IMG/VR virus record: IMGVR_UViG_3300036773_000051
Coordinates: 1 to 39,462 of that record
DNA: 39,462 nucleotides
Source: a virus
Taxonomy: Duplodnaviria > Caudoviricetes
Reading direction: 5' to 3' (one strand)
A model generated the notes under the pieces. That model searched no databases, was not told where the DNA came from, and saw nothing but the letters and a program-made list of their open reading frames with translations. This document shows, piece by piece, positions 1 through 8,486 of the stretch (position 1 is the stretch's first letter; every line of letters starts with the position of its first letter). A program made the position numbers and the translations under genes.

Positions 1-255
1 CTGATCTTGGCCTCTCCCTTGTTCAAATTCTGGCGCGCGCGAGGCTCTGACCTGCGTAAATACAGGCCTGTTGTCTGCGTTACTGGCCGGTAGTGGTGTC
101 GACGGCTCTCTAGGGCGGAGACTTTGATCATGACTCGTCCCGCTACTCACCTTGAGTGACGTCACGCGCTGTAACTTTAGTCGGTCGACCCTCGAGACCG
201 TGACGGTGCGTGAATGCTGGGAGATCGGGTGGCCTGCGGTTACTCTCAGGTCCAA

Positions 256-308
256 GGCTGGCCGGCGGCGGTCGCGCTCTCCCCGGGCGCGCAACGCGCC
301 GGCCGGCC
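256..308 (+). promoter_or_regulatory. GC-rich leader hairpin upstream of terS
   Basis: Arms GGCTGGCCGGCGGCG (256-270) and CGCGCCGGCCGGCC (295-308); possible -10 TACTCT at 241-246 just upstream. Confidence 0.5.
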
Positions 309-327
309 GATACCCCGGGGAGACACT

Positions 328-651
328 GTGGACGAAACTGTGGACGGCGAGCTCGAACCGGAGCACACAGAGCCACCGACGCACCTTGAGGCCGTCATGT
401 TCGACCTGCGCCGGCTGCAATCGGACGCGGTACGGCGGGGCATCCTCGCGACGTCCGCGATCCACCTGGCCGAGCGGCTGGATCGTGGCTTCTGGGAGAA
501 GGAATCGGAGCGCGTGCAGACGGTCCGTGAGCTGCGGATGTTGATGACGCAGGTCATGAGCAACGCCGTGACCGCGCCGGCCGCGTCCACGCTGGACGAG
601 CTGAAGAAAGCGCGCGCCAACCGGGACGCCCGGGAAGCGGGTCGCGGGTGA
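328..651 (+). CDS. terS: Terminase small subunit (107 aa, GTG start)
   Basis: GGGGAG RBS before GTG 328; helical protein ending ..STLDELKKARANR; GTGA overlap with terL. Confidence 0.75.
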   Translation: MDETVDGELEPEHTEPPTHLEAVMFDLRRLQSDAVRRGILATSAIHLAERLDRGFWEKESERVQTVRELRMLMTQVMSNAVTAPAASTLDELKKARANRDAREAGRG

Positions 652-2216
652 CGATGGTCCTGCCGCCGCCGCCCGTGATGGGGTCACTCACCCCGGCGAT
701 CCTGGCGCGGCCGGCGTACGCGTCGCTGCACTCCGCCGTCGAGGCGTTGCAGCTGGGTGCGTCGATGGGGCTACACGCGGACCCGGCGCAGCAACTGGTC
801 GTGGAATGCATGCTGGCCGAGAACGCGCGCGGGAAGTGGGCGGCTCTTGAGGTCGGGGAGTTGATGGCGCGGCAGAACGGGAAGGGCCTGCCGTTCGACC
901 TGGCCGAGCTACACGCGCTGTTTGTGCTTAAGGACGAGCTGATTCTGCATTCGGCGCACCTGTTCGCGACCGCGCTGAAGGCGTTTCAGCGGATGGAGAA
1001 GTACGTTGAGAATTGGGATTTCCTTCGCCGCCGGGTGAAACGCATCAACCGGTCCCACGGTGAGGAAGGAATCGAGTTGCAGCACCCGACGCAGATGATT
1101 CAGTACATGGCGCGGCAGAAAAACCAGGGCCGAGGATTCACCGCCGAACGCCTGTTTCTCGATGAGGCGCAGGATCTGCCGGTTGACGCGATGGCGGCCG
1201 TTGTCCCCACGCTGTCGGCGCGGTCGATGACCGGCAACCCGCAGATCCTGTACGCCGGCACCGTCCCCGCCCCCGGTGAGCGAGCCGCGCCGTTCACCTC
1301 CGTAAGGGATCGGGGAAGGGCGGCGTTCGACAACGCCGGGGGTGTCACGAAGTGGTTGGCGTGGCTGGAATGGTCCAGCGGACGCGAGCTGCCCCGCGAC
1401 GTGGACGAGCGGATGGCGCTCACCAAAGACCGGCACCTGTGGGCTGCCTCGAACCCGGCGTTGGGTGTGCGGATCAGTGAGGAATTCCTCGAGGCCGAGA
1501 TAGACATGTTCGTGAACGACGAAACTCTGGGCTTGGCTGCGGTGTTCCGGGAAATCATCCTGATCTGGCCGGACGGGAAATCGACCGGTGTTTTCACTGA
1601 TTCGCAATGGAAAAACCTCGGCAAGGATCCCGAATCGCGGATCGTAGGACGCAAGGTGTTCGGCCTGGACTCACCTCCAGACCAGCGGTACGGGTCGATC
1701 TCCGTGGCCGGGTTGAACGCCGACGGGATCCCGCACACGGAACTGGTGGCGCGGTTCCCGGGGATCGATTGGATCCCGGACTGGTTCCTGGACAACGCGC
1801 CGGCCAGCGATCAGAGCAGGCTGGCGAAGAACAATCCGTTCGCGATCGTGTACGACTCCGCGTCCCCTATCGCGTCGATTCACGATCGGCTGGCGGCGCT
1901 GCCTGGGGTGGGTGTGGATGAGAATGCCCGTACGCGGCTGCACGTGACGACCACGAAGGAATTCGCGGCGGCTTGTGGGCACATGATCTCCGCGATCACC
2001 AAGACCGGCGCGTTGCGGCATCGTTCCCAAACGGCGCTGAACAACGCGGTCGCGTCGACCGCCACCAGGCCATTGGGTGACGCGCTGGCGTTCGCGAAAC
2101 GCGGCGCGTCCGACATCGCGCCCATGGTTGCCTCTACATTGGCCGTATACGAAGTGATCAACAGGACGCCGCCGGTCAGCGTCTATGAGACGCGCGGATT
2201 GAGGGTGCTGGGTTGA
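648..2216 (+). CDS. terL: Terminase large subunit
   Basis: Walker A ARQNGKG, Walker B LFLDEAQ, SNPALG motif, nuclease FGLD motif. Confidence 0.95.
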   Translation: MTMVLPPPPVMGSLTPAILARPAYASLHSAVEALQLGASMGLHADPAQQLVVECMLAENARGKWAALEVGELMARQNGKGLPFDLAELHALFVLKDELILHSAHLFATALKAFQRMEKYVENWDFLRRRVKRINRSHGEEGIELQHPTQMIQYMARQKNQGRGFTAERLFLDEAQDLPVDAMAAVVPTLSARSMTGNPQILYAGTVPAPGERAAPFTSVRDRGRAAFDNAGGVTKWLAWLEWSSGRELPRDVDERMALTKDRHLWAASNPALGVRISEEFLEAEIDMFVNDETLGLAAVFREIILIWPDGKSTGVFTDSQWKNLGKDPESRIVGRKVFGLDSPPDQRYGSISVAGLNADGIPHTELVARFPGIDWIPDWFLDNAPASDQSRLAKNNPFAIVYDSASPIASIHDRLAALPGVGVDENARTRLHVTTTKEFAAACGHMISAITKTGALRHRSQTALNNAVASTATRPLGDALAFAKRGASDIAPMVASTLAVYEVINRTPPVSVYETRGLRVLG

Positions 2217-2521
2217 GCACAGCCATAGGGGTCATCGCCCTGGTCATCGCCGTACTGGCCGTAGTGGCGGTCGCGGGCGGCGTGTGGTTCGAGGTCGCGC
2301 GCGGGTCCCGACCCGACCGGGTGCTGGGTGGGCAGGTCAAAGGCGTTGCGGTGGTGACCATGGACAACGGCGAAACGTTCCGTGGCGTGCTCGACCAGGC
2401 GGACCGGACCAGCGTGGCCCTGCTGGACGCGGAGTTTGCGCAGCCCAAAGGCGGCGTGTCCAAGGTCGACGGGCGGCTCATCCTGCCGCGCGCGTCCGTA
2501 CGCTACGTGCAAATCCCATGA
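2213..2521 (+). CDS. Membrane-anchored Sm/LSm-fold protein
   Basis: N-terminal TM helix; Sm1-like VVTMDNGETFRGVLDQAD and Sm2-like GRLILPRASVRYVQ. Confidence 0.65.
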   Translation: MSTAIGVIALVIAVLAVVAVAGGVWFEVARGSRPDRVLGGQVKGVAVVTMDNGETFRGVLDQADRTSVALLDAEFAQPKGGVSKVDGRLILPRASVRYVQIP

Positions 2522-2535
2522 CGGGCTGGTGACCG

Positions 2536-3993
2536 ATGGCGCTGTTGTCCGGTGGGCTTCTGATTCCCACCAAAGCTGAGGAAGCGTCCGACCCGTCGGT
2601 GTTGTCGGATGAGTATCCGCAGAATATCCAGTACCGCTATTTCGGGAACGAGGGCGGCCTTCAGCTGGGGAAGTCTTTCGCGACGTACAACCAGATTTAC
2701 CGCCGCCACGACATCGTGATGACACTGGTGTCGAAACTGGCGTACGCGTTCTCTCGTATCCAGTTGGGGGCGTACCGCAACGGCACCGGTTCGGACCGCT
2801 CGGACGCGTCCGATACGCCGCTGGGGAGGTTGCTCCGCAAGCCGAACCGGAAGCAGTCGCCGGAGTTTTTCTGGCGTTGGTGTGAGTCGACGTTCGAAAC
2901 GTACGGTGAAGTGATCATCGTGAAGGTCCGTCCGTCGCCGGGCGCGCCACCGATCGAGATCTGGCCGATGCACCCGGCGAACGTGCTCACGCAGCGCGAT
3001 AAGGACGGGATGCTGTGGTATATGGTGTACCTCGGCCACCCCGCGAACGGGGCACCGATCCTCGCCTACCCCGAACACGATATTATCCACGTGAAAATGT
3101 ATAATCCGGACAATCAGGTGCGTGGCCTGTCTCGGCTGGAAGGGCTGCGGTCCGCGCTGGTCGGCGACACCGCGATCCAGGACAGCCAAGCATCGTTCTG
3201 GGGCAACGGCGCCCGCCCGTCCGTGATCCTCACCGCGCCCGGCGAGATGAGCGACGACGCCTTCAACCGCCTCAAAGCGTCCTGGAACACCACCCACGCC
3301 GGCACCGGATCATGGGGCAAAACCGCGATCCTCGAAAGCGGCGTCACCGCGCAAATGCTGCCGCTGAACGCCAACGAACTACAGATGATCGAATCGTTGA
3401 AGATGACCCGCGAACGCGGCTGCTCCCTGTACGACGTGCCGCCGCCGGTCGTGCAGATCCTCGACCACGCCACCTTCAGCAACATCACCGAACAGATGCG
3501 TTCCATGTACCGCGACACGATGGCGCCCCGGTTCGCGATGTGGCAGTCCGACCTCAACACGCAACTCGTCGCCGATTTCGACCCGACCGGCGACCTGTAC
3601 GTGCAGTACAACATGGACGATGTCCTGCAAGGCGACCCGGAAACCCGGATGATCTCCGACGCCCGCGCCGTGCAGGCCGGCATCAAACAGCCGGCGGAAG
3701 TCCGTACCGCCATGAACCTCCCCGACGCCGGCCCCGCCACGCATCAGCTGTACGCGAACGCCGCCATGATCCCCCTCGGGACGGTGCGGACCCCGGCGCC
3801 GGCCGCCGCCGCCGGCAACCCGGTGGTCGAGCCAGCCACCGATCAGGGCGCCGCCCCGCAAGAGGTCGGCGCAGTCAAAACCGTGGTCCGGTTGTGCGGG
3901 TCGTGCGAGCTACCGAGCGAGTCGTTTTCCCGGCGTGGTTGGTGCCGGTCCTGTGAAGGCAAGGCATCCCGCCGAAAGGAACTGACGTCATGA
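2536..3993 (+). CDS. Portal protein, HK97 family, with C-terminal CxxC-x12-CxxC extension
   Basis: IIHVKMYNPD..RGLSRLE, FWGNGARPSVIL, ILESG, YDVPP, TFSNITEQ motifs; follows terL. Confidence 0.95.
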   Translation: MALLSGGLLIPTKAEEASDPSVLSDEYPQNIQYRYFGNEGGLQLGKSFATYNQIYRRHDIVMTLVSKLAYAFSRIQLGAYRNGTGSDRSDASDTPLGRLLRKPNRKQSPEFFWRWCESTFETYGEVIIVKVRPSPGAPPIEIWPMHPANVLTQRDKDGMLWYMVYLGHPANGAPILAYPEHDIIHVKMYNPDNQVRGLSRLEGLRSALVGDTAIQDSQASFWGNGARPSVILTAPGEMSDDAFNRLKASWNTTHAGTGSWGKTAILESGVTAQMLPLNANELQMIESLKMTRERGCSLYDVPPPVVQILDHATFSNITEQMRSMYRDTMAPRFAMWQSDLNTQLVADFDPTGDLYVQYNMDDVLQGDPETRMISDARAVQAGIKQPAEVRTAMNLPDAGPATHQLYANAAMIPLGTVRTPAPAAAAGNPVVEPATDQGAAPQEVGAVKTVVRLCGSCELPSESFSRRGWCRSCEGKASRRKELTS

Positions 3994-5030
3994 ACAAGGC
4001 CATCCTGTTCGGCACCGTGAAGGCCGTGACCGACACCGACGACACCGGCCCCGGGTCGTTCCACGTAATCCTGTCCGCATCGTCCGAGGACAGGGACAAT
4101 GAGATCGTCAAAACGGGGGCGTTCGAGGTCGACGCGCCGCTCCCGGACCACATCACGTTCGACGCGGACCACCTGATGTCCGTCGCCGGCACCGTCGGAT
4201 CCGGGCGCCCGTACTACGGCGACGACGGGGCGCTGCACGTCGAGGGCACGTATACATCGCTCCCCCAGGGGCAACAGGTCCGGACCCTGGTGAACGAAGG
4301 GCACATCAAGACCGTGTCGGTGGCGTATATGCAGAACAAGTCCACCAAAAACGCCGACGGGGTGCGGGTCATCGAGTCCGCTGAACTGTTGAACGGCGCG
4401 TTCGTCGCGGTCCCGTCGAACCGTGACGCGGTGGTGTTGTCCAGCAAAACGGCTGTGAAGGTCGGTGCGCGGAACAACTCCAGCGACAAGGAACGTATCC
4501 AAGCCATTCACGACCACTCCAAGGCGCTTGGCGCGTCGTCGGACAACGCGGATGACGCGGCGGCGGATGAGGAAGCGGGCGCGGACAAGGCGTACACCAA
4601 GGCTGTCAAGCGGCGGGAGACGTTGAAGGCGGTCGCCGGGTCGTACGAGCAGCTCCGCGCGACGCTGTGCGACGCGTTGACGGACGCGATCCCGGCGGAC
4701 CCGTTGCGGCCGTACGCGGAACCGTGGGTGTACGCGACGTTCCCGGACCATATCGTGTACTGCGTGTACGGGGTCGACTACGAATCGCGGTATTTCACGG
4801 TGGACTACACGATCACGAACGGGAGTGTCACGTTCGGAACGTCGACGCCTGTGGATATTGTGGAGAACGTTGTACCGGATGTGGACGAGGCAGCTGATGC
4901 TGCTTCGGAGCAGACCGCCGCCACGCTTGATGAGGCCGCCGCCGCGAAAGCCGCCGCCGCCGAGCAGGACGAGGCCGCCGCGAGGCTCCGCGCCGTTCAG
5001 CGCCGGTTCGCTATCCGCGCACGCGGCTAG
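3990..5030 (+). CDS. Capsid maturation (prohead) protease with C-terminal extension
   Basis: DRDNEIVKTGAF, DADH, VSVAY, FVAVPSN motifs; between portal and capsid. Confidence 0.9.
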   Translation: MNKAILFGTVKAVTDTDDTGPGSFHVILSASSEDRDNEIVKTGAFEVDAPLPDHITFDADHLMSVAGTVGSGRPYYGDDGALHVEGTYTSLPQGQQVRTLVNEGHIKTVSVAYMQNKSTKNADGVRVIESAELLNGAFVAVPSNRDAVVLSSKTAVKVGARNNSSDKERIQAIHDHSKALGASSDNADDAAADEEAGADKAYTKAVKRRETLKAVAGSYEQLRATLCDALTDAIPADPLRPYAEPWVYATFPDHIVYCVYGVDYESRYFTVDYTITNGSVTFGTSTPVDIVENVVPDVDEAADAASEQTAATLDEAAAAKAAAAEQDEAAARLRAVQRRFAIRARG

Positions 5031-5060
5031 CTTTCCCACGTTGGAAAGAGCAGGGCCAGT

Positions 5061-6392
5061 ATGCCCACCACCCTTGACGCGATGCGTGACCAGATGATCG
5101 ACATCGCGACCAAATGCCAGGCCATCGTCGACGACAAAGGCCGCCCGTGGCTGGCCGCCGATGGCGACACCGGCCGCAAACAGGACCTTGAACAGCACGA
5201 AAAGGGCCTGAAGGAACTGCAAGAGCAGTACGCGGTGTACGCGAAGTCCGACGATGTGCTGAAGCAGTTCCAGGGCATCGCGGACCAGAACGCGGACTTT
5301 AGCCGCGAGGCTGTGCAGCGCGCAAAGACCCTTGGTGAGCAGCTCACCGATTCGGCCGCGTTCAAACAGGCGCAGAAGGGCGGCCGGTTCCAGACGGGCG
5401 CCATCGAGCTGAAGGCCGGCGAGATTCTCGGCGAAACCAACTTCAGCGGCACCGGTTCGCTCACGTCCGCGTCGGGCGCGGCCGGTCTGCTGGTCCCGCA
5501 GTACCTGACTCAGCCGGTGCAGAAGCTGTTCCAGCGGCTCACCGTCGCGGACCTGATGCCCGACGGCGTCATCTCCGGTTCGTCCCTGATCTACCCGATC
5601 GAGTCGACGGTCACCAACAACGCGGCCACCGTCGCTGAGGGTGGCCTGAAGCCTGCGTCGGTGCTGGGTCTGACGAACGTCACCGAACTGATGCACAAAA
5701 TCGCGACCCGCCTCAAGATCTCTGACGAGACCTTGCAGGACATCCCCGCGATCCAGTCGTACGTCAACGCTCGCCTGGTCCTGTTCGTGAAGATCAAGGA
5801 AGAGCAGCAGTTGCTGGCCGGCGCCGGCACCGGCAGTGAGCTGACCGGTATCCAAACCCGGTCCGGGAAGCAGACCACGGTCGTTGTCCCGGCCACCGCG
5901 ATCCCGCTCATCCCGTCGGTGCAGCAGAAGCTGGAAGCGATCTACCAGCAGATCACCAACATCCGCGTGAACGCGTTCGTGGAGCCCGACGCGATCGTCA
6001 TCGACCCGGTGTCGTGGCAGCAGCTGCGCATGGGCAAGGACCTGAACGGCCAGTACTTCGGCGGCGGCCCGTTCACCGGGGCGTACGGCCAGGGCCAGAT
6101 GGTCAACGACAACAGTGTCCTCGCGCCCGGCGGCACCGACATTTGGCAGCTGCGTACCGTGGTCACGTCGGCGCAGACCGCCGGCCAGGCGCTCGTGGGC
6201 GGGTTCCAGACCTGCGCGCAGGTGTTCCGCAAGGGCGGCCTGACCGTGGAGATGACCAACAGCAACGAAGACGACTTCAACAACAACCTCGTCTCCATCC
6301 GCGCTGAGGAACGCCTGCTGTTGGCTGTGTACCGGCCGGGCGGGTTCGGTCTGGTCACCGGGCTGAACAACGCACAGGGCGCGGCGGCGTAA
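5061..6392 (+). CDS. Major capsid protein, HK97 fold with N-terminal delta domain
   Basis: VAEGGLKP, KIATRLKISDETLQD, DFNNNLVSIRAEERL..VYRP motifs. Confidence 0.95.
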   Translation: MPTTLDAMRDQMIDIATKCQAIVDDKGRPWLAADGDTGRKQDLEQHEKGLKELQEQYAVYAKSDDVLKQFQGIADQNADFSREAVQRAKTLGEQLTDSAAFKQAQKGGRFQTGAIELKAGEILGETNFSGTGSLTSASGAAGLLVPQYLTQPVQKLFQRLTVADLMPDGVISGSSLIYPIESTVTNNAATVAEGGLKPASVLGLTNVTELMHKIATRLKISDETLQDIPAIQSYVNARLVLFVKIKEEQQLLAGAGTGSELTGIQTRSGKQTTVVVPATAIPLIPSVQQKLEAIYQQITNIRVNAFVEPDAIVIDPVSWQQLRMGKDLNGQYFGGGPFTGAYGQGQMVNDNSVLAPGGTDIWQLRTVVTSAQTAGQALVGGFQTCAQVFRKGGLTVEMTNSNEDDFNNNLVSIRAEERLLLAVYRPGGFGLVTGLNNAQGAAA

Positions 6393-6459
6393 GTCAAACT
6401 GGAACCGGAACGTCTTCTATTCGACGACGAAACCGGTAGGCATCAACCCGTAGCGAACC

Positions 6460-6489
6460 CCGCCGGGACCGCAAGCGCGGTCCCGGCGG
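6460..6489 (+). terminator. 13-bp hairpin after the capsid gene (terminator or mRNA stabiliser)
   Basis: CCGCCGGGACCGC-AAGC-GCGGTCCCGGCGG, no U-tract. Confidence 0.6.
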
Positions 6490-6512
6490 CCCCGGACTTG
6501 GGAGATTGCACC

Positions 6513-6770
6513 ATGGCAGACGAAACCCGTACCGATCCGGTGACTGGCATCAATGTCCCCCTCGCGGAGGCACACCACGCCGGCCTGGAAAAGGCCGAGC
6601 GCGAGGGTATCGAATTCACCGGGGCGCACGACCCGGCCGAGTTTGCGCCGCCGGACGCGTTCAACATGTATCCCGACAAGGCCGACGACGACAGCAAGGC
6701 GAAAGCCAAGGTCGTTGAAACCCCGGCCGCCGACAAGCCGACCGGCAGCACCCGGGCGCGAACCAAGTAA
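6513..6770 (+). CDS. Hypothetical protein (85 aa)
   Basis: GGGAG RBS before ATG 6513; TAATG overlap with next gene. Confidence 0.7.
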   Translation: MADETRTDPVTGINVPLAEAHHAGLEKAEREGIEFTGAHDPAEFAPPDAFNMYPDKADDDSKAKAKVVETPAADKPTGSTRARTK

Positions 6771-7081
6771 TGGCCAACTTCCCGCCGCGCAGCGACTCCA
6801 TGCACTATTCCGAAGTCATCGAGTTCACACAGCTGATCAACTCGGACACCAGTGACTCTCTGTCGTTCAGCGGGCCATGTGGGCCGATCGTGATCGGCGC
6901 GCAATATTCCGCAACACCCGACGCAGGCAGTCAGCCGCTACTCAATCCGGTCAGCGGGTACATCGTTTCGTACCAGCAGACCCGGGCTGTTGGCGCCGCT
7001 GACGGTCTAACCAATATCGCGCCGTATGTGATGGTCATTCAGCACACGGTGACCGTTTCCGCGACACCACCAGGAGCCTGA
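6770..7081 (+). CDS. Hypothetical virion protein, beta-rich
   Basis: Translationally coupled ORF in the late operon. Confidence 0.7.
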   Translation: MANFPPRSDSMHYSEVIEFTQLINSDTSDSLSFSGPCGPIVIGAQYSATPDAGSQPLLNPVSGYIVSYQQTRAVGAADGLTNIAPYVMVIQHTVTVSATPPGA

Positions 7082-7085
7082 CCTC

Positions 7086-7412
7086 ATGGCTGACGACACA
7101 GTCTTGACGCTGATCGGATCGGGGCGTGCCTGGAATTCGGCGCTCCGGGACAAAGACGGCCAGATCATTCCGCCAGAGGAGCGCGAGTTTCTGACGGGCG
7201 ATTTTGTGCACAACATTCACTCGGACGCGTCGCTCACGCTCGGCACCAAAATCGACGACATCGTCAAACCAGGCCGACTCTGGGATCTGGTCTCACCGGA
7301 CGAAACCCCAGACTGGGTAGCGTCCGAGGATCCGGTACTGGCTGATCAACTGGCGCTGCACTGGGGCGGCATCGAGGTCCGGCCGATGCCGGGGACGGAC
7401 GGCGACGCGTGA
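7086..7412 (+). CDS. Hypothetical acidic protein
   Basis: AGGAG RBS; GTGA overlap with next gene. Confidence 0.7.
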   Translation: MADDTVLTLIGSGRAWNSALRDKDGQIIPPEEREFLTGDFVHNIHSDASLTLGTKIDDIVKPGRLWDLVSPDETPDWVASEDPVLADQLALHWGGIEVRPMPGTDGDA

Positions 7413-7801
7413 TCACCAACGCTGGTTATGACTTCATTTGCGACGTGATGGCGAACAACTCCGTTCAGCCGGCGGTCGCGAAGTACATGGCGGTCACTGC
7501 GAACGCGACCGCCCCGGCCGCGTCCGACACCACGTTGACGGCAGAGATCGCTACGGCCGGCGGCGGCCTTATCCGGGGTCTGTGTAACGCATACGCGCAC
7601 ACGACCGGTACGAAGGTGTTCAGTTTCGTGAAGACGTTCACCGCGAACGGCTCCGATGCGCTGCCCGTGTCGCTGAACAAGTTCGGGGTGTTCAATGCCG
7701 CGTCGGCGGGCACGATGCCGGTCGAAACACTGATCACGGTGGCCACCTTGTCGGCTATTGGCGACGCGGTGACCATCACTGACACCGTCACCTTGACGTA
7801 G
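7409..7801 (+). CDS. Virion beta-sandwich protein, tail-collar/fibre-like
   Basis: ITNAG..YMAV..APAASDTTLTAEI..FGVFNAASAGTM pattern typical of small collar/fibre subunits. Confidence 0.7.
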   Translation: MITNAGYDFICDVMANNSVQPAVAKYMAVTANATAPAASDTTLTAEIATAGGGLIRGLCNAYAHTTGTKVFSFVKTFTANGSDALPVSLNKFGVFNAASAGTMPVETLITVATLSAIGDAVTITDTVTLT

Positions 7802-7808
7802 GCGCGCC

Positions 7809-8486
7809 GTGGGGACGCAGCTGTACGCGTACTCCAACACGGCGGTCGTGACCACCCAAACCGGGCTGTCCGGTACGGCGGGCACGACCGCCACTTTGGG
7901 TTCGGCTACTGGCTGGCCGGCCACGGCGGCGGGGCCTCCAACGGTCGCGTTCAAGGCCGTGTTGGAGCCGGGCACCGCGAACGCTGAAGTGATCATTGTC
8001 GGTACCCGATCCGGGACGGCGCTGTCCGCGATCACGCGCGGCGCGGGCGGGACGACAGCGATCACGCACGCGTCGGGTTGCGTGATCGCGCAGGAAGCCG
8101 ACGCGGTGGATGCGGCCGAGTGGAACGCCGCCGCGCAAACGCTCATCGCGCCAACCATCACGGCCAATGTGTGGAACGCGCCAACGATGTCGAACAGCTG
8201 GGTGAGTGCTGCGGTGTCGGGCACGGCAAGTCCCGGGTATTTGCTCGACCCGCACGGGATTGTGTGGCTACGCGGCATGATCAAGGCCGGGACCGCGAAC
8301 ACAGCTGCGTTCACGCTGCCAGGCGGGTTGCGGCCCGCGTTCGACAAATACGTCAACTGCCACGCGAACAGCGGTAGCGACACGTTTGGGCGGCTGCGGA
8401 TCGGCGCCAATGGCACGATCACTCCGACCTTGACGTGGACAAACCAAATCTCTCTTGAGGAGATCAGTTTCAAGGCCGAGCAGTAA
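7809..8486 (+). CDS. Fibre/receptor-binding-like protein
   Basis: N-terminal ITRGAGGTTAITH module; C-terminal GIVWLRGMIK..FTLPGGLRP..LRIGANGTI fibre-head pattern. Confidence 0.7.
   Translation: MGTQLYAYSNTAVVTTQTGLSGTAGTTATLGSATGWPATAAGPPTVAFKAVLEPGTANAEVIIVGTRSGTALSAITRGAGGTTAITHASGCVIAQEADAVDAAEWNAAAQTLIAPTITANVWNAPTMSNSWVSAAVSGTASPGYLLDPHGIVWLRGMIKAGTANTAAFTLPGGLRPAFDKYVNCHANSGSDTFGRLRIGANGTITPTLTWTNQISLEEISFKAEQ

Noticed and set aside
3083-3098. parS-like TTATCCACGTGAAAAT in the portal gene
   Set aside because: Only 11/16 match, and it encodes the conserved IIHVK portal motif
3843-5855. 670-aa minus-strand ORF (also 12983-14434, 13371-15575, 28358-29833)
   Set aside because: Antisense shadows of real high-GC genes; no motifs, and they overlap well-supported plus-strand CDSs
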